32,000 nucleotides of DNA, taken from positions 210,001-242,000 of the forward strand of contig NZ_CP047960.1 in assembly GCF_014280195.1 (NCBI RefSeq), in the 5' to 3' direction. Below, piece by piece: positions 17,996 through 28,607 of this stretch. Under the pieces are notes generated by a model, which saw only the letters and a list, made by a program, of their open reading frames with translations, ran no database searches and had not been told where the DNA came from. The position numbers and the translations under genes were made by a program. Each line of letters begins with the position of its first letter. Position 1 is the first letter of the stretch. This stretch comes from Synechococcus sp. A15-24. Its GTDB lineage: Bacteria > Cyanobacteriota > Cyanobacteriia > PCC-6307 > Cyanobiaceae.

Positions 17996-19788
17996 CATCA
18001 ATGTCCCTGAGCATCGTCACCGTCTGCATGAACAGACGGCAGCATCTGATCGAGACCGCTGCACGTGTGGCGGCCTGGCCCCATCACAGCGAACATCTGA
18101 TTCTTGATTGGAGCAGCGCTGTACCCCTTCGGCGGGAAGAGTTGCCGGACGATGACCGTCTGCGCCTGGTGCGGGTGGATGGTGAGCGCGACTGGCACCT
18201 CTGCCGGTCCTACAACCTGGCGCTGCAGCTTGCCTGCGGTGATGTGCTGTTCAAGCTTGATGCCGATTGCTGGCCCCAACCGCAATTGGATCCAGCTGCG
18301 TTAAGGCGGGATGGATCCCTCTGCAGCTTCGGCAGCGGTCCGGATGGTCGTCTGGGGCAGTGGATTCTGGACAGGTCTTTGCTGGAGGCGGTCGGCGGCT
18401 TCAACGAATTTCTGGTCGGTTACGGCTTTGACGACAAGGACCTGAGGGCCCGTGTGATGGCCCGCTGTGGGGGAGAGGGGCCTCCGTTGCAAGCCCGACA
18501 GCTTGGGGTGATTGTTCATTCCGCCCTCGAACGGATCGGTGCAGGCCCGGAGAGTCGCCGGCTTCCCTTCCGCGAAGCCACCGCCCAGGCCCAGAAACGA
18601 GCCAGTGCCATGGCCAACCGTGTTTTGGCGGCGAGTTGTCCCTGGACGGCTCAGCGCAGGGGAAGTCGGTATCGCTGGAATGCCTCCAGTGCCTCTTGGC
18701 TGGTGGATGTGGAGTCGGTGCTGAGGGCTCCGATCGAGGTGGATGACGAGGTGCGGCGGCTGCGGCGCACGCTGTTCTGGGGTGAGTTGATGACCTTGCC
18801 GGCTGCGGTGGTGCGTCAGCTGCCGGAGCGCTTGCTGCCGGCGGATCAACGGGGACGGCTGCCCGTCGGTGCCCTGCATTGGTGGCTCTGGTACGTCATC
18901 CGACCGTTTTGGGCGTGGCCCAGCTGGTTGTTGGAGCAGATCCAGCTGCTGCGGGGCAGAAGACCAGGAGGCGACGGCAGCAAGGAGCGCTTCCGCACGG
19001 CCTATCGCAGCGGTGATGTGCAGGAGATGCTGTCCCTGCTGGCGGGAATGCAGCCGCGTCAGCGGCAGCAGTTGGTGGATCGACTGTTGTTCCAGCGGGC
19101 CCATCGTCCGGAGGATGTCGGCATCCAGATCGCTCTGCTGGAGGGATTGCAGCAGATGACGTTATTACCGGAGCATCAGCGGGCCTATGCCCTGATTGCT
19201 CTGGGTTGGACCCACCTGCGTGAGCGCTCTCCCGATCAGGCGAAACGCTGCGTTCGTCCCCTGGATGACGATATCCAACGGCTGCTGGCAGATCCGGAGA
19301 CGCTTCAGTGTGGACGCCGTAACCGGGAGAACCGGCTGAAGCGGCTGATCTCCTGCTGGAACCTGCTGGGACACCTGCATCTACAAGATGAGAACTGGTC
19401 CGCTCTGCTGGAGCTGAGTGGCTCCTCCAGCGATCTTCTGCATCGACTCGACCCCGATCAGCTCCCTGGCGATGTGTTGCTCCGGGTGAGCAGCAACTGG
19501 GCACGAACGCTGCTGTGGCAAGGGCCGCAACAACCCCAAATGTTGGTTGATGATCTTCAGCGGCTGCTGGCGATCATTGAGTCCGATCGCTGTGCAGCAT
19601 CCCGGCCTGAGGAGGATCACCGGGGGTTTGTGCGCAACTGGTTGCGTCGGATGTCCACGTGGATGGCAGACCCGTCCAAGCGGGTGTTGTCTCGCGAGGA
19701 GTTGTCTTCAGCCTTAACCGTTTCCACGTTGGATCTGATCGCTGCTGCTGAGCAGTACTGGCGTCAGGACGATCCGACACGCCCTTGA
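17992..19788 (+). CDS. GT-A (GT2-like) glycosyltransferase with an unrecognised C-terminal domain of about 265 aa
   Basis: LSIVTVCMNRRQHL, the DxD-like KLDADCWP and GYGFDDKDL match a GT2/galactosyltransferase-like N-domain. The C-terminal part is a paralogue of the 13697-15691 C-terminus. I prefer ATG 17992 over the track GTG at 17932. Confidence 0.75.
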   Translation: MTSMSLSIVTVCMNRRQHLIETAARVAAWPHHSEHLILDWSSAVPLRREELPDDDRLRLVRVDGERDWHLCRSYNLALQLACGDVLFKLDADCWPQPQLDPAALRRDGSLCSFGSGPDGRLGQWILDRSLLEAVGGFNEFLVGYGFDDKDLRARVMARCGGEGPPLQARQLGVIVHSALERIGAGPESRRLPFREATAQAQKRASAMANRVLAASCPWTAQRRGSRYRWNASSASWLVDVESVLRAPIEVDDEVRRLRRTLFWGELMTLPAAVVRQLPERLLPADQRGRLPVGALHWWLWYVIRPFWAWPSWLLEQIQLLRGRRPGGDGSKERFRTAYRSGDVQEMLSLLAGMQPRQRQQLVDRLLFQRAHRPEDVGIQIALLEGLQQMTLLPEHQRAYALIALGWTHLRERSPDQAKRCVRPLDDDIQRLLADPETLQCGRRNRENRLKRLISCWNLLGHLHLQDENWSALLELSGSSSDLLHRLDPDQLPGDVLLRVSSNWARTLLWQGPQQPQMLVDDLQRLLAIIESDRCAASRPEEDHRGFVRNWLRRMSTWMADPSKRVLSREELSSALTVSTLDLIAAAEQYWRQDDPTRP

Positions 19789-19813
19789 TGGGGGGTCCAC
19801 AACAGCGGAATGT

Positions 19814-20623
19814 CTATGGGCGTGACTTCATCAGAAAGGTCCTGCTTGAGGTAGTTGTGCAGCACTGGATGCTGGGTCTGTCGTCCTGAAACAACAGTTC
19901 GGCAAGACGTCGCTTGCGTTGGCGGACCGCTGGATCGATGCTGTTCAGGTTGGTGCGGGTCGTCGTGGTTGGGTTGCGTTGGATGGGTGCTGTTGTCGCT
20001 TTGGGTTGTTGCTTTTGACCGTCCGGTAGCTCTGAGATCAGGGCGTTTTGAAGCTCTGTCTGCCGGGTGGTGATGCTGGTGAATGGAATCACCAGACAGG
20101 GAATGTTGAGAGCAGCGCAGCGGTCGATCCAGCCATCGATCAGGTTCTGAATCAATGGCAAGTAGCGCACAGCCAACAGCTCAAACCGCTCGGAAGGATT
20201 GAGATCCTGAAAGTGGGATAAGCCCTCGATGCGGTTGATCAGCTTGGGGTCAATCGGACCGCTACCCCTGTCGCAATGGGCGATCAGGGAGCAGACCAAC
20301 TGTCCCAGCGGACGGATGGGGATGCAGCAAACCGCTGGTTGGTAGCGGCGGGCGATCCGTTTGAGGTTCAGGCGCGTGGGCAGGTAATGGCCGTAGACCA
20401 GTGCCGCCTTAGGAGGTCGCTTTAGGCCGCTGTGAAACCGCCACCGCTCCAAACGACGCACAGCATCGATCTTCAGGCTCTGATGAACATCACCGTCCAT
20501 GGCAGGCCTGTCTAAACCGGGAGGCATTAGGGCTTCCACCAGGGCCGTCAGGGTCTGGCTAGCGGTTTTGGGAGGTGCCGGGATTAGAACCGCCGGCGCT
20601 GTCCAGGGGTGGACGCTCACCAT
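19814..20623 (-). CDS. hypothetical protein, sulfotransferase-like (Sulfotransfer_2-type motifs)
   Basis: LIPAPPKTASQTL resembles a 5'-PSB loop (PKT[AG][ST]). CIPIRPLGQLVCSLIAH resembles the 3'-PB R-x-P-x3-R/Q-x3-S motif. ATG 20623-20621 sits one base upstream of the preceding stop TGA 20619-20617 (ATGgTGA), so the two reading frames overlap by 7 nt. Confidence 0.4.
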   Translation of the reverse strand: MVSVHPWTAPAVLIPAPPKTASQTLTALVEALMPPGLDRPAMDGDVHQSLKIDAVRRLERWRFHSGLKRPPKAALVYGHYLPTRLNLKRIARRYQPAVCCIPIRPLGQLVCSLIAHCDRGSGPIDPKLINRIEGLSHFQDLNPSERFELLAVRYLPLIQNLIDGWIDRCAALNIPCLVIPFTSITTRQTELQNALISELPDGQKQQPKATTAPIQRNPTTTTRTNLNSIDPAVRQRKRRLAELLFQDDRPSIQCCTTTSSRTFLMKSRP

Positions 20624-21805
20624 TTCACCTGCCAGGGCCAGCGATCCGGTAGGCACATGAACTGATCCCCGCCGATGCAGTCCTCAAGTCGCAGGATGCG
20701 GTCGTCGATGAAGGATTCCCCAACGACCGCCAGCGCGGGGAGCAGGGCCCAGGCGCAGCCCTGACGGGCAGTCCAGACCATCAGGGACAGCATCCAGAAC
20801 AAACCGATCGGGTCCAGGCAGCGACTGAGGATGGGTGCCAGGACTCCTGTAGCCATGGATAGCTGGATCAGACCCAGCAGCAGGCTGTAGGCAAACAGCG
20901 TCCGCGCATCGTGATCGGCGGCCATGGCGGCGGGCCTCAGCCGGGCTCGCCAGATGGTCAACGCCACAGCCACCAGAGCGGACAGCTCAAGTCCGAACAC
21001 CGCTTTGCGCAGTCCGTAGGTGTTGAAGTATCTGGCCTCAAACAGTTAGCTGCTCAGCTTCTCAATCAGTGCGGGCTGACTGAGGGCGATGCCGATGCTC
21101 ACCATCACTAGCAGGCTGGCCAGAGTGATGGTTCGCCGGCCTGTGTTCTGTAGCAGCCCTGGACGGGTCAGAACGGGGACCAGGGCCAGGGTCGTTGTGA
21201 TCGGAAGACTGTTATGAGCCAGGGCAGAGCCAGCGACGGCGGCGGCAACCCAGCCCCAACCGATCTGGCACCAGCCGGCGACGCGCAGCAGCAGGGGAGT
21301 GATCAGCACCGTGGCCAGGGCCTGGCGGGTGACACCGTTCTGCAGGAAGTTGCGGAGCAAGGGGGACCACAGCACCAGCAGGGCCCAGAGGCCACCCCAC
21401 TGCGGTCGCTGTGTTGCCCTCGAAAGCATGAGTGGCACCACGGCATACCCAACCGCCACGAGTCCATGCAGGCTCGCCAACCGGTAGGGCAGAGCACTGA
21501 TCAACGGGGCTGCCGCAATCCAGAGCGGTTCATCCAACACATCACGGGGGTCAATCGCCAGGTAACGGCTGAAGCGGGTGATGTCACTGGTGCCCCAGTT
21601 GGCCAGGGTGAAGAACAGCGTGCTGAGTGCCACCAGACCAGCGGCGAGACACCACCAGCGGCGAGACACCACCAGCGGCGACCCAACCACCCCATGCAGG
21701 TCGCCAGCAGCAGTTGCCCGATGGCCAGGGCCAGCATTGCTTCGGGATTTGTGGTGACCTGATCAATCCGGTAAGGCGCCTCGCTGGGGAAGCTCAGCAG
21801 CAGGG

Positions 21806-21809
<4 letters not shown>
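20617..21809 (-). pseudogene. disrupted polytopic membrane protein (about 12-13 TM; Wzy/WaaL-like or GT-C-like), broken by a 17-bp tandem duplication and an in-frame TAA
   Basis: Three track ORFs (21501-21809, 21046-21690, 20617-21000) join into one frame of 392 codons. Removing one 17-bp repeat copy gives 1193-17=1176 nt, which is 3 x 392. Reading through TAA 21043-21045 completes the join. RRWWCLAAG is encoded in both overlapping frames. ATG 21809 overlaps the upstream stop as ATGA. Confidence 0.65.
21638..21681. repeat. 17-bp tandem repeat, 2.6 copies (CCAGCGGCGAGACACCA x2 plus CCAGCGGCGA)
   Basis: Direct reading gives copy 1 at 21638-21654, an identical copy 2 at 21655-21671, and a partial copy at 21672-21681. 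Confidence 0.95.
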
Positions 21810-23724
<1,915 letters not shown>

Positions 23725-23768
23725 TTACCGGCTCTGTTTTGCGGGGTTATGAGCGATAGCCTCCAGCC

Positions 23769-26162
23769 ATGAGCTTTCTGGCCGGCCTCAACGACGCCCA
23801 GCGCAGGGCGGTGGACCACCACGAAGGGCCCCTGCTGGTGGTGGCCGGTGCCGGCAGCGGCAAGACCCGTGCCCTCACCCACCGGATTGCCCATCTGATC
23901 GGCGAGCACGGCGCTGATCCGGCTCAGATCCTGGCGGTGACCTTCACCAACAAGGCCGCCCGTGAGATGAAGGAACGGCTGGAGGTGCTGCTGGCTCAGA
24001 AGCTGGCCCAGAGCCAGTACGGCCAGCCCTGGAGCACCCTGCCGCCGGTGGATCAACGGCAGTTGCGCTCACGCATCTACCGCGAGGTCAGCAAGGAGTT
24101 GTGGATCGGCACCTTCCACGCCCTGTTCGCGCGGATGCTCCGCTACGACATCGACAAGTTCAAGGACGCCGAGGGGCTGAGCTGGACCAAGCAGTTCTCG
24201 ATCTACGACGAGGCCGATGCCCAGAGCCTGGTGAAGGAGATCGTGACCCAGGAACTGCAGCTCGATCCAAAGCGATTTGAGCCAAAGAAGACCCGCTGGG
24301 CCATCAGCAACGCCAAGAACCAGGGCTGGTTGCCGGATCAGCTTGAGGCCAATGCTGAAGGTCAGCGGGGCAAGCTCACCGCCGATGTGTACCGCCGCTA
24401 CCGCAGGGCGCTGGCGGCGAACAATGCGCTGGATTTCGATGATCTGCTGTTGCTGCCTGTGCAGCTGCTGCAGCAGAACGAGCAGGTGCGTAGCTACTGG
24501 CACCGCCGCTTCGCCCATGTGTTGGTGGATGAATATCAAGACACCAACCGCACCCAGTACGACCTAATCAAGCTGTTGGTCACCGATGGCAAGGACCCGC
24601 AGACCTACAACGACTGGAGCGGACGCTCGGTGTTCGTGGTGGGAGATGCCGACCAGAGCATCTACAGCTTCCGCGCCGCCGACTTCACGATCCTGATGGG
24701 TTTCCAGGAGGACTTCGGTGATCAGGCGCCGGACGACGCCACCCGCACGATGGTGAAGCTGGAGGAGAACTACCGCTCCACCGCCACGATCCTGGCGGCG
24801 GCCAATGCCCTGATCGCCAAAAACAGCGAGCGGATCGACAAGGTGCTGCGACCCACCCGCGGCGAAGGGGAGTTGATCAGCCTCACCCGATGCGATGACG
24901 AAATCGCCGAGGCCGAGGCGGTGGTGCATCGGCTGCGGACGATGGAGGCGGCCAACCCCGAATTGAGCTGGGGCGATATGGCCGTGCTGTATCGCACCAA
25001 TGCTCAGTCCCGCTCGATCGAGGAATCGCTGGTGCGCTGGGGCATCCCTTACATCGTTGTTGGGGGACTTCGTTTTTATGACCGGCGGGAGATCAAGGAT
25101 CTGCTGGCCTATCTGCGGCTGTTGGTGAATCCGGCGGACACCGTCAGCCTGCTGCGGGTGATCAATGTGCCCAAACGGGGCATCGGCAAGACCACGATTC
25201 AGCGGCTCACTGATGCCGCCAATCAATTGGGAATTCCGCTTTGGGATGTGGTGAGTGATGCCGAAGCCGTGCGATCCCTTGGGGGACGGTCAGCCCGTGG
25301 TCTGCTGCAGTTCTGTGAGTTGCTCCACGACCTGCGCCGTCAGGTGCAGGTCGTGGCTCCGTCCGAGCTGATCCAGCAGGTGATGGAAAAGAGCGGCTAC
25401 GTCAGCGAACTGATCGCGGAAGGCACCGATGAAGCGGAGGAACGTCGCCGCAACCTGCAGGAATTGGTCAACGCGGCTCTTCAGTACCAGGAGGAGAACG
25501 AGGAGGGGGATCTCGAAGGCTTCCTGGCCACGGCGGCGTTGTCGAGCGATGCCGACAGCAAGGACACCGCAGCGGATCGGGTCACCCTGATGACCTTGCA
25601 CAGCAGCAAGGGCCTCGAATTTCCTGTGGTCTGCCTGGTGGGGCTGGAGCAGGGCCTGTTTCCCAGCTACCGCTCCCTCGATGATCCGGCCTCCCTGGAG
25701 GAGGAGCGCCGCCTCTGCTACGTCGGCATCACCCGCGCCAAGGAGCGCCTGTTTCTCTCCCATGCCAGTGAGCGTCGGCTCTGGGGTGGCATGCGCGAGG
25801 CCGCCGTGCCGTCGGTGTTTCTTTCAGAGCTGCCGGAGGCCCTGGTGCAGGGGGATCTCCCCCAGAGCGGTGGGGCGGCCCTGCGCCGGGAAAGACGCCT
25901 GGAGCGGCTCACCCGTGTGGATCGCGACAAGCCGACGACCGCTCCGGCCAATGCGGTGCGCCGCCGCCAGGCGGGTCCGGCCCCCGGGCGCAGCTGGAAC
26001 GTTGGGGATCGCGTCACCCATGCCAGCTTCGGGGTTGGGGAGATCACCCACACCTTCGGTAGTGGCGAGAAGGTGTCGATCGCGGTGAAGTTCGCTGGGA
26101 TGGGGCCGAAGATCCTTGATCCGCGGTTGGCGCCGATCGAGCCGATTGCCGCCGATGACTGA
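23769..26162 (+). CDS. pcrA: ATP-dependent DNA helicase PcrA/UvrD family
   Basis: Motifs are LNDAQRRAVDHHEGPLLVVAGAGSGKTRALTHRIA, VLVDEYQDTN, VGDADQSIYSFRAA, LEENYRST, TLHSSKGLEFPVV and YVGITRAKERL, plus a C-terminal GDRVTHASFGVGEI Tudor-like tail. Confidence 0.95.
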   Translation: MSFLAGLNDAQRRAVDHHEGPLLVVAGAGSGKTRALTHRIAHLIGEHGADPAQILAVTFTNKAAREMKERLEVLLAQKLAQSQYGQPWSTLPPVDQRQLRSRIYREVSKELWIGTFHALFARMLRYDIDKFKDAEGLSWTKQFSIYDEADAQSLVKEIVTQELQLDPKRFEPKKTRWAISNAKNQGWLPDQLEANAEGQRGKLTADVYRRYRRALAANNALDFDDLLLLPVQLLQQNEQVRSYWHRRFAHVLVDEYQDTNRTQYDLIKLLVTDGKDPQTYNDWSGRSVFVVGDADQSIYSFRAADFTILMGFQEDFGDQAPDDATRTMVKLEENYRSTATILAAANALIAKNSERIDKVLRPTRGEGELISLTRCDDEIAEAEAVVHRLRTMEAANPELSWGDMAVLYRTNAQSRSIEESLVRWGIPYIVVGGLRFYDRREIKDLLAYLRLLVNPADTVSLLRVINVPKRGIGKTTIQRLTDAANQLGIPLWDVVSDAEAVRSLGGRSARGLLQFCELLHDLRRQVQVVAPSELIQQVMEKSGYVSELIAEGTDEAEERRRNLQELVNAALQYQEENEEGDLEGFLATAALSSDADSKDTAADRVTLMTLHSSKGLEFPVVCLVGLEQGLFPSYRSLDDPASLEEERRLCYVGITRAKERLFLSHASERRLWGGMREAAVPSVFLSELPEALVQGDLPQSGGAALRRERRLERLTRVDRDKPTTAPANAVRRRQAGPAPGRSWNVGDRVTHASFGVGEITHTFGSGEKVSIAVKFAGMGPKILDPRLAPIEPIAADD

Positions 26163-27024
26163 GCCCGGATTGCTGCTTATCCGTGGTCTGGGCCACAGCG
26201 GCAGCACCATCCTTGATCTGGCCCTCGGAGCCCATCCGCAGCTGATTGGCCTGGGGGAGGCGGTGCGGGTGCTGGAGCGACCCCATCTCGGCGAAGAGCA
26301 CAAGGGGCCGCAGCAACTGCGGGGCGATCTCCGCTTTGAACGTCGCTGCACCTGTGGTGAGCTGGCCGGCGACTGTCCGGTATGGGGACCGCTGCTGGCG
26401 TGGTTGCCAGCTCACGACGATCGCCCCCTGCCGGAGAAGTTCAACCGCTTGATTGAGCCGTTGACCGCTTCGTCGCCCCGCTGGTTGGTGGAGTCGTTTC
26501 AGGCGGATGAGCAGCTGCTGGAGGCTCAAGCACTGGGTCGTCCGGTGCGGGTGATTCAGCTCACCCGTGATGTGCGCTCCTGGGTGCATTCAGAATCGCG
26601 GCGAGGTGTGGAACGCCATGGCCGCGGCGGAACTGTGGGTTGGCGCTCAATGCTGCGCTGGTGGCGCATCAATCGCTGTTGGGAGCAACGCTTGAACCGC
26701 TCCGGTTGTGCAGTGTTTCGGCTCGGTTACGAGGAGTTGGCCCTGGCTCCGGAGCAGGCCCTTCAGCAGCTCTGCGCTTGGCTTGAGGTTGGCTTCGATC
26801 CGGCGATGCTGCAGCCGGGGCTGAACTCCAGCAGTCACATCGTCAGTGGCAACCGCATGCGGTTCGACCCCGCTCAGAGCCAGGCGATTCGTTACGACGC
26901 GGCCTGGCTCTCTTCTGCGGCCCTATCTCTTCGGGTCGCGCCGTTGCTGCCAGCCGTGGCTCGCCTCAACCGCCGGCTCGTTTACAGCAATGGTTTGCTC
27001 GGAAGTGTCTGGCCCTCGGCCTAA
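26155..27024 (+). CDS. sulfotransferase family protein
   Basis: LLLIRGLGHSGSTILD is P-loop-like (5'-PSB) and VIQLTRDVRSWVHS matches a 3'-PB motif. A CTCG...C..W Cys cluster is also present. ATG 26155 overlaps the pcrA 3' end by 8 nt; the track start at 26116 lies deeper inside pcrA. Confidence 0.65.
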   Translation: MTEPGLLLIRGLGHSGSTILDLALGAHPQLIGLGEAVRVLERPHLGEEHKGPQQLRGDLRFERRCTCGELAGDCPVWGPLLAWLPAHDDRPLPEKFNRLIEPLTASSPRWLVESFQADEQLLEAQALGRPVRVIQLTRDVRSWVHSESRRGVERHGRGGTVGWRSMLRWWRINRCWEQRLNRSGCAVFRLGYEELALAPEQALQQLCAWLEVGFDPAMLQPGLNSSSHIVSGNRMRFDPAQSQAIRYDAAWLSSAALSLRVAPLLPAVARLNRRLVYSNGLLGSVWPSA

Positions 27025-27760
27025 CCTCCCTGCCAGCCACTACCGGGCCGTGTCCACCGTTCCCTCGCCGATCCCGATTTTCATCGGCTACGACCCTCGG
27101 GAACGGGCCGCCACCAATGTGCTGATCGACAGCTTGTATCAGCACAGCAGTGTGCCGCTGGCTATCACGCCGTTGGTGGCGCACCAGTTGGAAGCTCAGG
27201 GCTTGTACTGGCGCGAACGTGATCCCAAACAGAGCACCGCCTTCTCCTTCACCCGCTTCCTCGTACCGCATTTGATGGGATACCAGGGCTGGGCCCTGTT
27301 CATGGATTGCGACATGCTCTGCCGGGGAGACATCAAGCAGTTGTGGGACCAGCGCGATGACCGCTACGGCGCGATGTGTGTACAGCACGAACATGTGCCA
27401 GGTGAGACGGTGAAATTCCTTGGTGAGGTGCAGAGCGCTTACCCCAAGAAGAACTGGAGTTCGCTGATGCTGCTCAATTGCAGCCGCTGCTCAACGCTCA
27501 CTGTTGATTACGTCAACTCCGCCAGTGGACTGGAGCTGCACCGCTTCCATTGGCTCGAGGGGGATCATGAGATCGGCGCCATCCAGGGCGGTTGGAATCA
27601 CCTGGTGGACGTGCAGGCCCCACCGGAGCCCCTGGACGCCTCGCCGATGTTGCACTGGACCCTCGGCGGTCCCTGGTTCCGCGAGCAGCGGACCATGGGC
27701 GGGCCGTTGGCGGCGGAATGGTTCGGCGCCCGGGATGATGCGATGAAGCTCTGGAACTGA
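26990..27760 (+). CDS. glycosyltransferase family 8-like protein
   Basis: IPIFIGYDPRE, STAFSFTRFLVPHL and ALFMDCDMLCRGDIKQLW (DxD) match GT8-type retaining transferases. The start is uncertain: ATG 26990 gives a 35-nt overlap with the upstream gene, and the in-frame GTG 27050 is an alternative. The stop overlaps the kdsB start as TGATG. Confidence 0.7.
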   Translation: MVCSEVSGPRPNLPASHYRAVSTVPSPIPIFIGYDPRERAATNVLIDSLYQHSSVPLAITPLVAHQLEAQGLYWRERDPKQSTAFSFTRFLVPHLMGYQGWALFMDCDMLCRGDIKQLWDQRDDRYGAMCVQHEHVPGETVKFLGEVQSAYPKKNWSSLMLLNCSRCSTLTVDYVNSASGLELHRFHWLEGDHEIGAIQGGWNHLVDVQAPPEPLDASPMLHWTLGGPWFREQRTMGGPLAAEWFGARDDAMKLWN

Positions 27761-28539
27761 TGGCGATTCAACAGGCGGTGGTGGCGGTTCCGGCCCGTCT
27801 GCAGTCCTCCCGGCTGCCGAACAAGGTGCTGGCGGAGATCGGGGAAAAACCGATGATCCAGCGGGTGCTGGAACGGTGCCGTGAGGCGTCCACCGTGCAG
27901 GCGGTGGTGCTGTGCACTGACAGTTCTCAATTGCAGCAGCTGGCGGAAGGCTGGGGCTTTCCGGTGCTGATGACCTCTCCCGATTGCAGCTCCGGCAGTG
28001 AGCGGATCGCATCGGTGGCCGATCAGCTGATGGCGCTGGCCTGGGGGGAGGGCCCTGCAGTGGCGGAGCAGACCGCCGTGATCAACGTGCAGGGGGATCA
28101 GCCGTTCATCGATCCGGCGGTGATTGACGCGATGGTGGCGGAGTTTCAGCGCCTGGATCCCGTCCCGGCCGTTGTCACCCCGGTGTATGGCCTCACCCCG
28201 GAAACCATCCACAACCCCAACGTGGTGAAAACCCTGCTGGCCCATGACGGGCGGGCGCTGTACTTCTCCCGCTCCGCTATCCCGCACGTGCGGGACGTTG
28301 ATCCTGTGGACTGGCACCGCCACACCACTTACTGGGGCCATGTGGGCATGTATGGCTTCCGGGGGGATGTGCTGGCGGGCTGGGATCAGCTGCCGGCGTC
28401 ACCGCTGGAGGATCTGGAACGGCTGGAGCAGTTGCGCCTGATCGAGGCGGGGCACACCATCGCCACCTTCCCTGTAGCCGGAACATCTCTATCGGTGGAC
28501 ACGGCGGAACAACTGGAGGAGGCCCGCGAGTTGGTGTGA
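27760..28539 (+). CDS. kdsB: 3-deoxy-manno-octulosonate cytidylyltransferase (CMP-Kdo synthetase)
   Basis: VAVPARLQSSRLPNKVLAEIGEKPMIQ, VINVQGDQPFIDP and EQLRLIEAG are typical KdsB motifs. Confidence 0.9.
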   Translation: MAIQQAVVAVPARLQSSRLPNKVLAEIGEKPMIQRVLERCREASTVQAVVLCTDSSQLQQLAEGWGFPVLMTSPDCSSGSERIASVADQLMALAWGEGPAVAEQTAVINVQGDQPFIDPAVIDAMVAEFQRLDPVPAVVTPVYGLTPETIHNPNVVKTLLAHDGRALYFSRSAIPHVRDVDPVDWHRHTTYWGHVGMYGFRGDVLAGWDQLPASPLEDLERLEQLRLIEAGHTIATFPVAGTSLSVDTAEQLEEARELV

Positions 28540-28607
28540 GTGGCGGTCGGAATCTCAAACTTTTCATAGGTTGAGATCAGTCTTCGCACCATCCCACGGA
28601 ATCTCTT

